A stretch of DNA of 64,000 nucleotides from Candidatus Dojkabacteria bacterium (GTDB taxonomy: Bacteria; Patescibacteriota; Dojkabacteria; JAOAGR01), in NCBI GenBank assembly GCA_025999155.1, contig AP026679.1, positions 666,561 to 730,560 on the forward strand, given 5' to 3'. The notes under the pieces were generated by a model that saw nothing but the letters and a program-made list of their open reading frames with translations, made no database searches and was not told the origin of the DNA. The translations under genes and the position numbers were made by a program. Shown here one piece after another: positions 51,100-61,394 of the stretch; position 1 is the stretch's first letter; each line of letters begins with the position of its first letter.

Positions 51100-52338
51100 A
51101 TGTCGATGAGTATACGAACTATTGGATTAAGTGGATTCATTATTTTGGTCGGCGTATCTGTGTTATATCTCATACCACCATTCAGTATAGATTTTGCTGG
51201 TCGGAGATATTTCTATGAAGGTTTACCAAGTCTGTTTGATCCACGCTCTTTGCAGTTAAATATTGATTCTTCTGGTAATACAAATAGCTACAAATATGTA
51301 GTAAAGTCAGTGTCAATTCCTGATTCGAAAAATGATGTGCATCGACTGGTTGCAAGAGATTTGCATATATTTGAAGAAAGACTGCGTAATTATGTAGGTA
51401 ATAATTTTGAAATAAGGACTGATATAGGAAGAAATGAGGTGACTCTGACTTTTTTATTGAATAAGAGTTTGGAGCAGTCAACAAATTTGTTAACTTCTAC
51501 TAATGCAGATTTTGAGATTCGTACATTAAAAACAATTACTGCTTCAGAATCACAAGATGAAGGTTCTGCTCCTCAATATGAAACGTTCAATTTACAAAGA
51601 AATGATTTTGGTTTTGCTGAGTTATTAGAGCAGCAATCTGCAAGTAATTTATCAAAGTATGACATTGCATTACCATTAAGTCTTTTTATTACTCCAGAAA
51701 AGATTAATTTGATTCGTAATCAATTGAATAAACCTTTGCAAGTGTCTGTTGCAGGGTCGGAGTGGCAAGCATACTTTGATTACAATCAAAATTATGTACC
51801 TACAAGGCTCATATTAACTAGTATACCAAACCGTGCTCAGGCTACTTTAATAAAAGGTTTTTTAAATACTGAACCCACTAACTTAGCTTATAATTTAGAG
51901 GCTGTCTATTATGTAGAGTATAAGTGGTATCAATCGTTGATCCCCTATGTTGTAATGATAATTGTTGTGATTTTAGCTGTCTTACTTGACTATTGGCGAT
52001 ATAAAAGTATATCCAAAACACGTATTTTCTCGATCCTAGGTTTGACATTAATATGTTTGGCTTCAGTAAAGTTTCTCAACCAGACGTTTTCTGTAACGAC
52101 ATCTCTAATTTTGTGCATTCCTCTTATTTTTGTCATTTTATCTACTCATTACACATATATCTTTTCTTTCATTGGTTTATTATCATTTATTAAATTACTT
52201 ACCTTATTGAAGGGATTTGATATATCGATGGCGAGTATGGTCTTGATGGTTGTATTTACTATATTTTTATATCTAGCGAATTATATAAATTTTGTTAGAA
52301 GACATGTTTCGTCTAAAATCAATCCGACAACGATTTAA
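51100..52338 (+). CDS. Divergent SecD-like membrane protein
   Basis: TM1, a large extracytoplasmic domain with IFEERLRNYVG..FEIRT (SecD P1-like), then several TM segments. Confidence 0.45.
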   Translation: MSMSIRTIGLSGFIILVGVSVLYLIPPFSIDFAGRRYFYEGLPSLFDPRSLQLNIDSSGNTNSYKYVVKSVSIPDSKNDVHRLVARDLHIFEERLRNYVGNNFEIRTDIGRNEVTLTFLLNKSLEQSTNLLTSTNADFEIRTLKTITASESQDEGSAPQYETFNLQRNDFGFAELLEQQSASNLSKYDIALPLSLFITPEKINLIRNQLNKPLQVSVAGSEWQAYFDYNQNYVPTRLILTSIPNRAQATLIKGFLNTEPTNLAYNLEAVYYVEYKWYQSLIPYVVMIIVVILAVLLDYWRYKSISKTRIFSILGLTLICLASVKFLNQTFSVTTSLILCIPLIFVILSTHYTYIFSFIGLLSFIKLLTLLKGFDISMASMVLMVVFTIFLYLANYINFVRRHVSSKINPTTI

Positions 52339-52939
52339 AGTTTATACTAATATTAAGTTAAGTTTACGCAAATTTGACTATTTTTTAATTTTTGTATTTG
52401 TGTTACTTAACTCTCTTATAATATTTTTATCTATTTTCTATCAATTGTATGAATACATATGGCAATTTGCACGAGCTAATTTATTTACATTAATTTTTAT
52501 TATCATTGCGGGTATAACGTTATTCTATTTCTCGTATCGGCAGTTTGTACGCAAAAAGCCTAATTTCATCAGCTTACTTATTTATTTCTTTGTTTTATCT
52601 CTTTTTATTTATTGTGTAATAGGTATTAATTTTTTGTTAAATAATGTTTTAGAAAAAGCGTCTTTTACTAATGGTATTAATATTTTTATATTTACTACTT
52701 TGTTTTTATGTGTGACAATGTTGTCAAAGTATGATTTCCCTCAAATATTTAAGTTGGTTGAGCTGTATAAAGCATCTCAAAATTATTTTTATGCTAATTT
52801 AGGAGTATTTTTAGCTTTTGCTCTAGTTATATCTGTCATTGGTTATATGAATGTAACTTTTGTATATGTTATTGCATTTTTTGTTGTGCTAATAATGTTG
52901 TTTACAGCAAAAGCTTTACTTGCAAATATAAGAAGTTAG
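52304..52939 (+). CDS. Polytopic membrane protein, possibly a SecF-like remnant
   Basis: About 6 TM segments; overlaps the secD-like gene; no SecF motif recognised. Confidence 0.5.
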   Translation: MFRLKSIRQRFKVYTNIKLSLRKFDYFLIFVFVLLNSLIIFLSIFYQLYEYIWQFARANLFTLIFIIIAGITLFYFSYRQFVRKKPNFISLLIYFFVLSLFIYCVIGINFLLNNVLEKASFTNGINIFIFTTLFLCVTMLSKYDFPQIFKLVELYKASQNYFYANLGVFLAFALVISVIGYMNVTFVYVIAFFVVLIMLFTAKALLANIRS

Positions 52940-52980
52940 TTTTTGTAGAATATATGCGAAGTTAATCTATATAAATATAA

Positions 52981-54264
52981 ATGTCAAAATTAGTTATTAA
53001 AGGGAGTACACCGATAAACGGTACTGTATATCCCGAACCAAATAAAAATTCTATATTGAAGCTCATTCCTGCAACTATTTTGTGTGAAGAACCAGTAACG
53101 ATTAGAAATGTACCAATGAGTTCGTCTGTGTTAGTTTTTATAGATGTTTATAAATCTCTAGGTGGAACAGTAGAATTTTGTGGGCCAGGTGTGGTACGTT
53201 TTGATCCGAGAACAATAAATTCATACGTTATTCACGAGGATTTAGCATTAAAAGAAAGAGCAACTTTCGTATTCTTAGGCCCTTTATTAGCGAGGTTTGG
53301 CAAGGCCGAAATTTCAGATCCAGGAGGATGTAAATTAGGAAATAGACCTTTAGATGCTTTGTTTCAAGGACTGTCGGAGTTAGGAGTAAAGATTGATAAG
53401 GATAATGGTTATAAAATGTCGGTTGATAATTTGAAGGGAAAGGACTTAATTTGGTTGATAGAGGCTTCTGTAACTGGGACAGAAAATTTGATTCTTGCTG
53501 CCGTAAAAGCAAAAGGCAAGACTGTAATTTATAATGCTGCTTGTGAGCCACATACGCAGGATTTGTGTAACTTTTTAGTATCTGTAGGAGCAAAAATCGA
53601 GGGTATTGGTTCTAACTTACTAACTATCGAAGGGGTAGATTATTTGGCGGGTGGCGAATGGACTGTCATTTCTGATCATATAGACATTGGAGGATGGATT
53701 GTTGCTGCTGCAATAACAAATGGAGAGCTTTGGATAAAAAATGCAATTCCTCATCACATGCAACAGATATTGAATTACTTTAGAAAATTAAATCTTTATG
53801 TAGAGGTTAGGGGTGATGATTTATTTGTACCTAATGGTCAAATTTTAAAGTGTCTTAGAAATGTACGTGGCGATATAGATAAAGTACCAGATCAGCCTTG
53901 GCCTGGTTTTCCTGTAGATCTTATCCCTCAAATTTTGGTTTTAGCACTTTTAGCAGAGGGTAGCATAAAGATTTTTTCAAACATGTATGAAACGCAGCTG
54001 TTTTTCATTGAAGAATTACAGAGGATGGGGGCTTCCGTGATTATGGCAAATCCTCACCAAGTTATAACTTTTGGGCCTTCGCGATTTCATGGAGCAATAG
54101 TAACTGCTCCTAGTATACTGCAATGTGCTCACGCTCTTGTGCTGGCGGCTTTAGCCGCGGAAGGATCTACGACCATTTTAAATGCCGAATCTATTTTTCG
54201 TAGATATCCAAATATAGTAAGAAATCTACAGCAATTCGGTGTTGATGTCTGCATGGTCGAGTAA
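52981..54264 (+). CDS. murA: UDP-N-acetylglucosamine 1-carboxyvinyltransferase
   Basis: KNS, GPLLARFG, PGGCKLGNRP (catalytic Cys), SVTGTEN, NAACEP, PWPGFPVD. Confidence 0.95.
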   Translation: MSKLVIKGSTPINGTVYPEPNKNSILKLIPATILCEEPVTIRNVPMSSSVLVFIDVYKSLGGTVEFCGPGVVRFDPRTINSYVIHEDLALKERATFVFLGPLLARFGKAEISDPGGCKLGNRPLDALFQGLSELGVKIDKDNGYKMSVDNLKGKDLIWLIEASVTGTENLILAAVKAKGKTVIYNAACEPHTQDLCNFLVSVGAKIEGIGSNLLTIEGVDYLAGGEWTVISDHIDIGGWIVAAAITNGELWIKNAIPHHMQQILNYFRKLNLYVEVRGDDLFVPNGQILKCLRNVRGDIDKVPDQPWPGFPVDLIPQILVLALLAEGSIKIFSNMYETQLFFIEELQRMGASVIMANPHQVITFGPSRFHGAIVTAPSILQCAHALVLAALAAEGSTTILNAESIFRRYPNIVRNLQQFGVDVCMVE

Positions 54265-54296
54265 TAAAATATTTAAAAATTGTAAAAATAGCACTT

Positions 54297-54713
54297 ATGA
54301 AATCTGTAAATAAAGTGATACTAATAGGTAATATCGTACAAGATCCAGAGGTTGTACAAATAAGCCAGGATACCGAGTTGGCAAAGTTTACTATCGCAAT
54401 TAATGAGTCTTATAAAAAACCTGATGGAGAAGTTAGTGAGGTTACCACATATATTGATTGCGAAGCTTGGTCTGGTATTGCAAAAGTTGTGAAAACTTAT
54501 TTAAGAAAAGGTTCGAGAGTTTATATAGAAGGCAATCTGAGATCTGATAAATGGACCGATGCCGATACTGGCAAATCTCGAACTAAACATAAAATTCGTG
54601 TTTTAGATTTAGTCATGCTAGATACACGGAAAGATGCTAATAGTGTAGATTCTTCCAAATCCATAGACGATGCGAATGTACGCGTAAATGTCGACGATGA
54701 GCTACCATTTTAA
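54297..54713 (+). CDS. ssb: Single-stranded DNA-binding protein
   Basis: VNKVILIGN..QDPE, KGSRVYIEG.L, C-terminal DDELPF. Confidence 0.97.
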   Translation: MKSVNKVILIGNIVQDPEVVQISQDTELAKFTIAINESYKKPDGEVSEVTTYIDCEAWSGIAKVVKTYLRKGSRVYIEGNLRSDKWTDADTGKSRTKHKIRVLDLVMLDTRKDANSVDSSKSIDDANVRVNVDDELPF

Positions 54714-54737
54714 TTTTAAGTTTTGATCAGAAGTAAG

Positions 54738-54765
54738 AAAACCTGGTATGTTATACCAGGTTTTT
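54738..54765. terminator. Bidirectional intrinsic terminator between ssb and leuS
   Basis: AAAACCTGGTAT-GTT-ATACCAGGTTTTT. Confidence 0.85.
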
Positions 54766-54800
54766 AATTTTAGTGGGTGTAAAAAAATTTTATTAAAAAG

Positions 54801-57272
54801 CTACTTTACTACTATATTGACTATCTTATTTTTAACATAGATGAAATTTTCAATTTGTTTGTCTTTTATCCATTTTTGAACTGCAGGTAAATTGAGTGTC
54901 TTCTCTCTTACGCTGGATTCTGCTTCATCACGCTCAATCTCTACTGTAGCTCTTAATTTCCCATTTACTTGTACTCCAATTGTAATAGTCTGATCTATAA
55001 CCATGGCTGGATCGTAATCAGGCCAGGGCTGCACATGTATAGATTTATCTTTTGTGAATTCTTCAAATCGGTAATTATGTAATGTTTGCCATAATTCTTC
55101 TGCAATAAACGGAGCAAACGGAGCTATAACCTTTAAGAAACCAGACCATTCATCTTTGCCTATATACTCTTCTTTCTGAGCAATATTCACAAAGATCATT
55201 ATTTCACTCACAGCTGTATTAGTCTTTAGGTTATCAATCATATCACCTACGTTTTTAACCATTTTGTTATATGCAACCTTTAGAGGTCGACTTGACTCTT
55301 TATCTGAAACCTTTGAAGAGAGAATATATATATCATCTATAAGTTTTCTACATGCTTTGAGTCCTCCTTCTTGCCAAACTATCGTTGCATCATATGGTCC
55401 CATAAAATTAATGTATAAACGTAATGCATCTGCTCCATAAATTTCTATTTTTTCGTCTGGATTGATTACATTTCCCCGTGATTTGGACATTTTTTCGCCA
55501 TCAGGTCCTAATAGTATTCCCCCGTTCATGCGCCATGCATATGGTTCTTCTGTAGGAACTAGGCCAAGATCGAATAAAAATCTATGCCAAAACCTGGAAT
55601 AAAGTAAATGTAAATACGTATGCTCAGCTCCACCAAAATACATATCCACTGGCAGCCAATACTTCATCTTTTCCATATCAGCGAAGGTTTGAGAATTATG
55701 GGGATCTATATATCTTAGATAGTACCAGCAAGAACCAGCCCAATTAGGCATGGTATTAGTTTCTCGTTTGGCTGGAGTACCATCTTTCGCAACTGTATTA
55801 ACCCATTCAGTGTTTTTCGCAAGAGGAGATGTCGCATCAGAAGATGGAGTATAGTCAGGTACATCAGGCAGTAGAAGAGGAAGCACTTTGTTATATTCGT
55901 CAGGATTTTCAGTACTGCATATGGCTTCAACTTCGCCATTTGCTTTGTGAATCAGCGGTATAGGTTCCCCCCAATATCGTTGACGCGAAAATAGCCAATC
56001 TCTTATTTTATAGTAGACTTTCTTTGCACCAAATCCTTCTCTTTCTGCTTTTGTTATTAGTTGATTTGTAGCTTCCTCGATAGTTAAATTGGAATACTCT
56101 TCTGAATTTATTAAATATCCACTTTTTTGTGTGTATGGTAATTGAATTTCTATAGGTTCATTTGGCTTAATGACTTGAATAACTTCAATATTAAATTTTT
56201 TAGCAAATTCGTAATCTCGTGCATCATGTGCCGGTACCACCATTATTGCCCCCGTTCCATAGTTCATTAATACAAAATCCGAAATCCATATAGGTACTTT
56301 TTTCTGATTAAACGGATTAATAGCATAAGATCCAGTAAACACTCCAGTTTTTTCTTTAGTGTCTGCTAACCGCTCGAACTCGGTTCTTTGCTGAGTTTTT
56401 GCCAAATATTCTTCAACTTGTATTTTATATTCTTGTGTCGTTAATTTTGTTACTAGCTGGTGTTCTGGAGCTATAATCAGGCATGTTGCACCATAGATAG
56501 TATCTATCCTAGTCGTAAAAATTTTGATTTTGTCTTTCTCTGGATTATCTACTGTAAAATATATTTCTACACCTTCGCTTCGACCAATCCAGTTAATTTG
56601 CGCAGCCTTGACTGATTCTGGAAAGTCTACTTTGTTTAAACCTTCGAGCAATTTATCAGCATAAAGTGGCATCTTTAACACCCACTGTTTGAGCATACGT
56701 CTTTCAACAGGACTCTTACCATCACGTTCAGCAACAAGGTTACCATTTGCATCTTTAATCACTTCTTCATTTGCTAGTACTGTTTTTAAACTTTCGCACC
56801 ACCACACTGGTTCTTCTTTTAATTCAGCAAGTCCGTGTTCATAAAATTTCAAAAAAAACCATTGAGTCCATTTGTAATATTCAGGATCCGTCGTATTAAT
56901 TTCTCTTTCCCAATCAAAACCATAACCAGCTTCTGCAAGCACTCTTCTATATGCATCTGTGGCCTCTTTTACTATTTGAGCCGGGTGCACATTCGTTTTA
57001 ATAGCAGCATTTTCTGCTGGAAGTCCAAAAGCATCCCAACCAATGGGAAATAACACATTATATCCAGACATTCTCATTTTACGAGCAAGAACATCTGGTA
57101 GAGTGTATCGCATCATGTGTCCGACGTGCAAACTCTTTCCAGAAGGATATGGAAATTCTGCGAGAATATATTTTTTTGGTTTCTTGCTGAAATCTTCAGC
57201 CGCATACACTTTGTGCTCCCGCCATGCCTGTGCCCATTTGCGTTGCATTTGTTTGAAATCTCTGTGTTTCAT
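54801..57272 (-). CDS. leuS: Leucine--tRNA ligase
   Basis: FPYPSGKSLHVGH, GWDAFGLPAENAA, NWIGRSEG, DWLFSRQRYWGEP, KMSKS; probable ATG at 57272. Confidence 0.98.
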   Translation of the reverse strand: MKHRDFKQMQRKWAQAWREHKVYAAEDFSKKPKKYILAEFPYPSGKSLHVGHMMRYTLPDVLARKMRMSGYNVLFPIGWDAFGLPAENAAIKTNVHPAQIVKEATDAYRRVLAEAGYGFDWEREINTTDPEYYKWTQWFFLKFYEHGLAELKEEPVWWCESLKTVLANEEVIKDANGNLVAERDGKSPVERRMLKQWVLKMPLYADKLLEGLNKVDFPESVKAAQINWIGRSEGVEIYFTVDNPEKDKIKIFTTRIDTIYGATCLIIAPEHQLVTKLTTQEYKIQVEEYLAKTQQRTEFERLADTKEKTGVFTGSYAINPFNQKKVPIWISDFVLMNYGTGAIMVVPAHDARDYEFAKKFNIEVIQVIKPNEPIEIQLPYTQKSGYLINSEEYSNLTIEEATNQLITKAEREGFGAKKVYYKIRDWLFSRQRYWGEPIPLIHKANGEVEAICSTENPDEYNKVLPLLLPDVPDYTPSSDATSPLAKNTEWVNTVAKDGTPAKRETNTMPNWAGSCWYYLRYIDPHNSQTFADMEKMKYWLPVDMYFGGAEHTYLHLLYSRFWHRFLFDLGLVPTEEPYAWRMNGGILLGPDGEKMSKSRGNVINPDEKIEIYGADALRLYINFMGPYDATIVWQEGGLKACRKLIDDIYILSSKVSDKESSRPLKVAYNKMVKNVGDMIDNLKTNTAVSEIMIFVNIAQKEEYIGKDEWSGFLKVIAPFAPFIAEELWQTLHNYRFEEFTKDKSIHVQPWPDYDPAMVIDQTITIGVQVNGKLRATVEIERDEAESSVREKTLNLPAVQKWIKDKQIENFIYVKNKIVNIVVK

Positions 57273-57422
57273 CTTTCTTATTGATGAATAGGTATATTTT
57301 AATACAAAATTAACATTCATCAACAAAAGTGAATAGAAATATTCTTAAAGAGAAAGAAATCCGACACCCGTCAAAAAAGATAAGCAAACAAAGCTATATT
57401 TTAATTGAGGATTTATTACTAT

Positions 57423-57953
57423 TTAGAACCTTCCGGCCATGTATTGATTAGTAAATCCATTCATGTATGTATCGAGAATTACACGAATGTTAGGGATATT
57501 AGCTAATACAAAATCTTGGATTCTTTTTATTGCTTCTTGTTGCTGACTAGGATCGTTGCCTGACTGTTCGGCTAAAGCGTTTAACTCGTTTCTTTTATCT
57601 TCAGGTAAAAGAGACAAAGCCATATCGTATATTTCAGCCTCCAACTTATTATATACTCTTGCAACTTCAAAATTTACCACATCTTCAGATACATCTGGGC
57701 CTTGGGATTTAATACTATTTATGGTCTGAGGGTCAAGAGGAGGATACATATTTGGATCTGTTGCAGAGAGTTGCGAATAATGAGCCAAAAAATAGTTCGG
57801 TCTGTACTTACGATTCACTAATTCGAGTATATACTCTCTGAGCTTCACATCATAATCTCTCGGTAAGTTTGCTGGGTAAGCAGCAAATGGCACAACATTT
57901 TTTGTGTTGCTATTTGGTTGCATGTTTTGATTTACGTTGTGTTGATTGTTCAT
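57423..57953 (-). CDS. Hypothetical protein
   Basis: 176-aa ORF directly downstream of htpX; N/Q-rich start and helical-looking C-terminus. Confidence 0.7.
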   Translation of the reverse strand: MNNQHNVNQNMQPNSNTKNVVPFAAYPANLPRDYDVKLREYILELVNRKYRPNYFLAHYSQLSATDPNMYPPLDPQTINSIKSQGPDVSEDVVNFEVARVYNKLEAEIYDMALSLLPEDKRNELNALAEQSGNDPSQQQEAIKRIQDFVLANIPNIRVILDTYMNGFTNQYMAGRF

Positions 57954-57986
57954 GGTATTTTAAATATAAATATTATTTGATAAATG

Positions 57987-58889
57987 TCAAGCTGTAATTA
58001 CGCGCTCTAATGTAGCAATGCGTTCTTCTATAGGAGGGTGTGTTGAAAACATTTTACGTAGAAAAGACCCTGATTCTTTTAGAGGAAAGTCAATGAACAT
58101 GTGAGCATTACCTTCGGTTGCGTGTATCACTGGTGTGTCATCTGCTGCCAATTTTTTTAATGCGCTAATTAAACCTTGTGGATATCGAGTGATTTCCACT
58201 GCTGACATATCAGCTAGGAACTCTCTACGTCGTGAAATGGCCATCTGGATCATTAGAGATATAATAGGAGCAAGTATTAGTAATAACAATGCAATGATTA
58301 CCATAACAATATTTGCACCCTCATTTCTTCTATTTTTGTTATTATGAAGAGTGCCTCGTAAAATTGCATCTGTCGCATAAGTTAAAACACCAGCCAATAC
58401 CGAGACTATCAACATTAATCTTATATCATAATTTCTAATATGAGCTATTTCATGTGCTATAACTCCGTCAAGTTCTTCTGTATTTAGTTTTTGTAAGAGG
58501 CCCAGTGTAATAGCTATGTGTGAATGTTTAGGATCACGTCCTGTTGCATAAGCATTAAGGGCATCTTCTGGTAGTATATGTACTCTTGGCTTAGGAATAC
58601 CCGCCTTTATAGCTATGATTTCAACTCTGTCATTTAAATATTTAAATTCAGGGTTATCTGTCACATCAATGGCACCTGTCATCTTTAAAACCATTTCGTC
58701 CCCAAAATAGTAAGTAGATAGTGTGCCAATTAGTGAGATTGCAAGAGATAACAATCCATAAAATATACCTACTGACCAGCTTTGTGTCAGAGCATAACTT
58801 AGAAGCATGACGCTGGTCACAATATATACAATAAATACTACCATTAAGATAAAACTAAGCCGTTTGTTTTTATCAATTTGGGAGTACAT
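57987..58889 (-). CDS. htpX: Zinc metalloprotease HtpX (M48)
   Basis: NAYATG, ELDGVIAHEIAH, SRRREFLAD, FSTHPPIEERI. Confidence 0.95.
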   Translation of the reverse strand: MYSQIDKNKRLSFILMVVFIVYIVTSVMLLSYALTQSWSVGIFYGLLSLAISLIGTLSTYYFGDEMVLKMTGAIDVTDNPEFKYLNDRVEIIAIKAGIPKPRVHILPEDALNAYATGRDPKHSHIAITLGLLQKLNTEELDGVIAHEIAHIRNYDIRLMLIVSVLAGVLTYATDAILRGTLHNNKNRRNEGANIVMVIIALLLLILAPIISLMIQMAISRRREFLADMSAVEITRYPQGLISALKKLAADDTPVIHATEGNAHMFIDFPLKESGSFLRKMFSTHPPIEERIATLERVITA

Positions 58890-58899
58890 AAAACATCAA

Positions 58900-59462
58900 T
58901 TTATTAATTTTATCACATTTACCAATCGCAAAATTTCCACATTTAAACATCATTTAGGGAAATATTACTATCAGTAAAAGATGTCATGTAGAAACGTTAT
59001 TGTTTTTGTAGATAATCAAATCTATTAGTTAACATTATCGCAAAGAGTATCAGTAAGGGTAAGTAAAAGCCGGCATATGCACTTATTTAGGTCTAGAGTT
59101 AGCATTTGAATCTGTATTTTAATATTTCAAAGTAAACTCGTTTTTGTTTGAGATCAAGAATCTTTACCACAAATTGTATCTATTTTAAACGTTTGGTTAA
59201 GATATATGTTACCTATTCGTTTTTTATGGTTTGGATACTGATGAATGTAAAAGTTTTGATCGGTGTGTTCTGAATATATTGGTAGGCTGTAGTTGAATAT
59301 TGATAAAACGATTAGGTTGATATTATTCCTTGCGTATTTCTGGCTGTCATCCCCACTGTGGAGCAATATCATATTTAGCATGTGAGCCCCGTTTGCTGGC
59401 GCACTCGTATTTGTATTTTGATCTTGTCCGATTATTTGATTCGGGTCGTTTTGTGGATACAT
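58900..59462 (-). pseudogene. Decayed paralogue of the 57423-57953 gene
   Basis: Same position after an htpX copy, a similar spacer (TGA-CATTT...ATATT.TATATTT), patchy similarity (PAN; TDQNFY versus TDPNMY); the ORF stops at 59154. Confidence 0.5.
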
Positions 59463-59501
59463 AATCTAACAATGACAAATATAGAATATCGTATTAAAAT
59501 G

Positions 59502-60497
59502 TCAGCCATCCGTTAAACGGTTGAGAGCAGTGATACGTTCTTCGATTGGAGGATGTGTTGAAGATAATTCATCTATTTTATCGAAAAAACCGGATATCTG
59601 TTTAGATATTCGTTTAGATATGGATATTCGTTTAGATGCTTGTTCAGATGTTTGCTTGGATTTTAGTTTAGATCTTCGTTTAGGAAAAACAATAAACACA
59701 TGCGCGATATTGCCTCCAGCACGAGTAACCGGAACTGTGCTTGCTTGCAATTTCTTCAAAGCATTAATCAGACCCTGCGGATGTCTCGTAATTTCTACTG
59801 CAGTCATATCCGCTAAAAATTTTCGACGTCGCAAAATAGTATTTTTAATTATCGTTGACAAAGTCGTAGCAAGGATAATAAGTACGATAGTTATCAAGAG
59901 CAGTATACATCCACCTTCAATTATATAATGTCGTCCCTCTCTACTGTTAATAAGCGCCGCCCAAAAGATAAACATGGTGTAAGCTAAAACGCCTTCTGTC
60001 GCATCGACAATCGACATCAGTCTGGTGTCATAGTTTTTTATATAAGCCATTCCGTGGGCGATTACACCATCTAGTTCTTCAGTATTTAATTCTTGTAAAA
60101 GACCCAATGTGACAGCTATATGCGCATGCTTAGGATCACGTCCTATCGCATAAGCATTTAAAGCTTTTTCTTGTAGTATATAGACTCTGGGTTTAGGTAT
60201 ACCTGCCTTAAGAGCTATGATCTCCACTCGGTCATTCAAATATTTGAATTCAGGCTTATCTGTCACATCGACAGCTTTCGTCTTCTTTAAAATCCTTTTA
60301 TCCAGAGAAAAGTAAGCACGTAGTACGTTAATTAGCGAAGTTACAAAAGCTATCACTCCAACAATTATGCTTAGCCACTTGTTTCTTGTGAAACTATAAC
60401 TGATAACCGCTACACTAGCCGCAATAAACATCATAAAGACTATCAATAAGATAAAGGTACGCAAGTTGTCTTTATCAATCTGAGAGTACATAAGCAC
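59502..60497 (-). CDS. HtpX paralogue lacking most zinc-binding and catalytic residues
   Basis: Colinear with htpX, but HEIAH is HGMAY (60042-60056) and RRREFLAD is RRRKFLAD. Confidence 0.85.
   Translation of the reverse strand: MLMYSQIDKDNLRTFILLIVFMMFIAASVAVISYSFTRNKWLSIIVGVIAFVTSLINVLRAYFSLDKRILKKTKAVDVTDKPEFKYLNDRVEIIALKAGIPKPRVYILQEKALNAYAIGRDPKHAHIAVTLGLLQELNTEELDGVIAHGMAYIKNYDTRLMSIVDATEGVLAYTMFIFWAALINSREGRHYIIEGGCILLLITIVLIILATTLSTIIKNTILRRRKFLADMTAVEITRHPQGLINALKKLQASTVPVTRAGGNIAHVFIVFPKRRSKLKSKQTSEQASKRISISKRISKQISGFFDKIDELSSTHPPIEERITALNRLTDG
59593..59682. repeat. Degenerate 12-bp tandem repeat inside the htpX paralogue
   Basis: About 7 units related to GATATTCGTTTA, encoding SKLKSKQTSEQASKRISISKRISKQIS. 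Confidence 0.8.
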
Positions 60498-60607
60498 CCT
60501 AATACATTTCTATCCGGCTATCCGAATATTTCGGAGTCAAAACGACATATGGCATTATAAACCGACGCACAAGTCGAAATGAGATGTATGCAGAAACAAG
60601 GCCGATA

Positions 60608-61228
60608 TTACTCCTTGCGTATTTCATACTGCCCGCCCCATCGTGGCTCAATATCATATTTAGCATTTTCTGATGCCTCGAAATAGCTTACTGGCTTATA
60701 GCCCATCAATGAAGCGAGTATATTATTTGGAATTATAGAGATTTTCTCATTATATTCACGTGCGGTAGTATTGTAAATCTGGCGTGCTGCAGCTATTTTC
60801 TCTTCAATAACAGCATCTTGATCCATGAAATTCTTAATTGCTTCCTGGCTTTTTAACTCAGGATAAGCCTCCAATGTAACTCTTAAAGCCTGTATCGCGC
60901 TAGTCAAAGTATGCTCTGCAAGAGCTTTTTGATTAGCATGGGAAGCATCTGATTGTGTAGTTCTTGCTACGTCAGCAGCACTACGGAGTTCTGCAATTTT
61001 TGTTTGAATTTCTTTATCTGTTGAGATTGCTTTTTCAACAGCCTGTATTAAATCAGGTAATAGATCATAACGGTTTTGAAGTCGTACATCTATTTGTCGC
61101 CAAGTCTCGTCTACACGAGTTTTCGCCTTTACTAAAGAGTTGTAAATAAATATAACTATTAAGATAACTAGCCCTAGAATACATATGACTAGAACTGGTA
61201 TCGATATTGAGTTGAGCACATCAGACAT
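60608..61228 (-). CDS. lemA: LemA family protein
   Basis: YNSLV.....VDETWRQIDVRLQNRYDLLP, EAYPELKS, EEKIAAARQIYN; ATG at 61228 lies 5 nt behind TGtTAGAAT. Confidence 0.95.
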   Translation of the reverse strand: MSDVLNSISIPVLVICILGLVILIVIFIYNSLVKAKTRVDETWRQIDVRLQNRYDLLPDLIQAVEKAISTDKEIQTKIAELRSAADVARTTQSDASHANQKALAEHTLTSAIQALRVTLEAYPELKSQEAIKNFMDQDAVIEEKIAAARQIYNTTAREYNEKISIIPNNILASLMGYKPVSYFEASENAKYDIEPRWGGQYEIRKE

Positions 61229-61394
61229 ACACCATTCTAACACATTAAAGGCCAAACTCAAACATTCAGAGATGCGATCATAATTATGCTGGTATACTGG
61301 CATTACCATGGTGTTGACCGCTGACGGCTAACTTTTTTGAGTCTGTGTCATAAATTTAGATTTGGAATACTAGAAGAAACTGCTAGAATGAGTC

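Noticed and set aside
59593-59682. CRISPR-like array
   Set aside because: Contiguous 12-bp coding units without spacers, and no cas genes.
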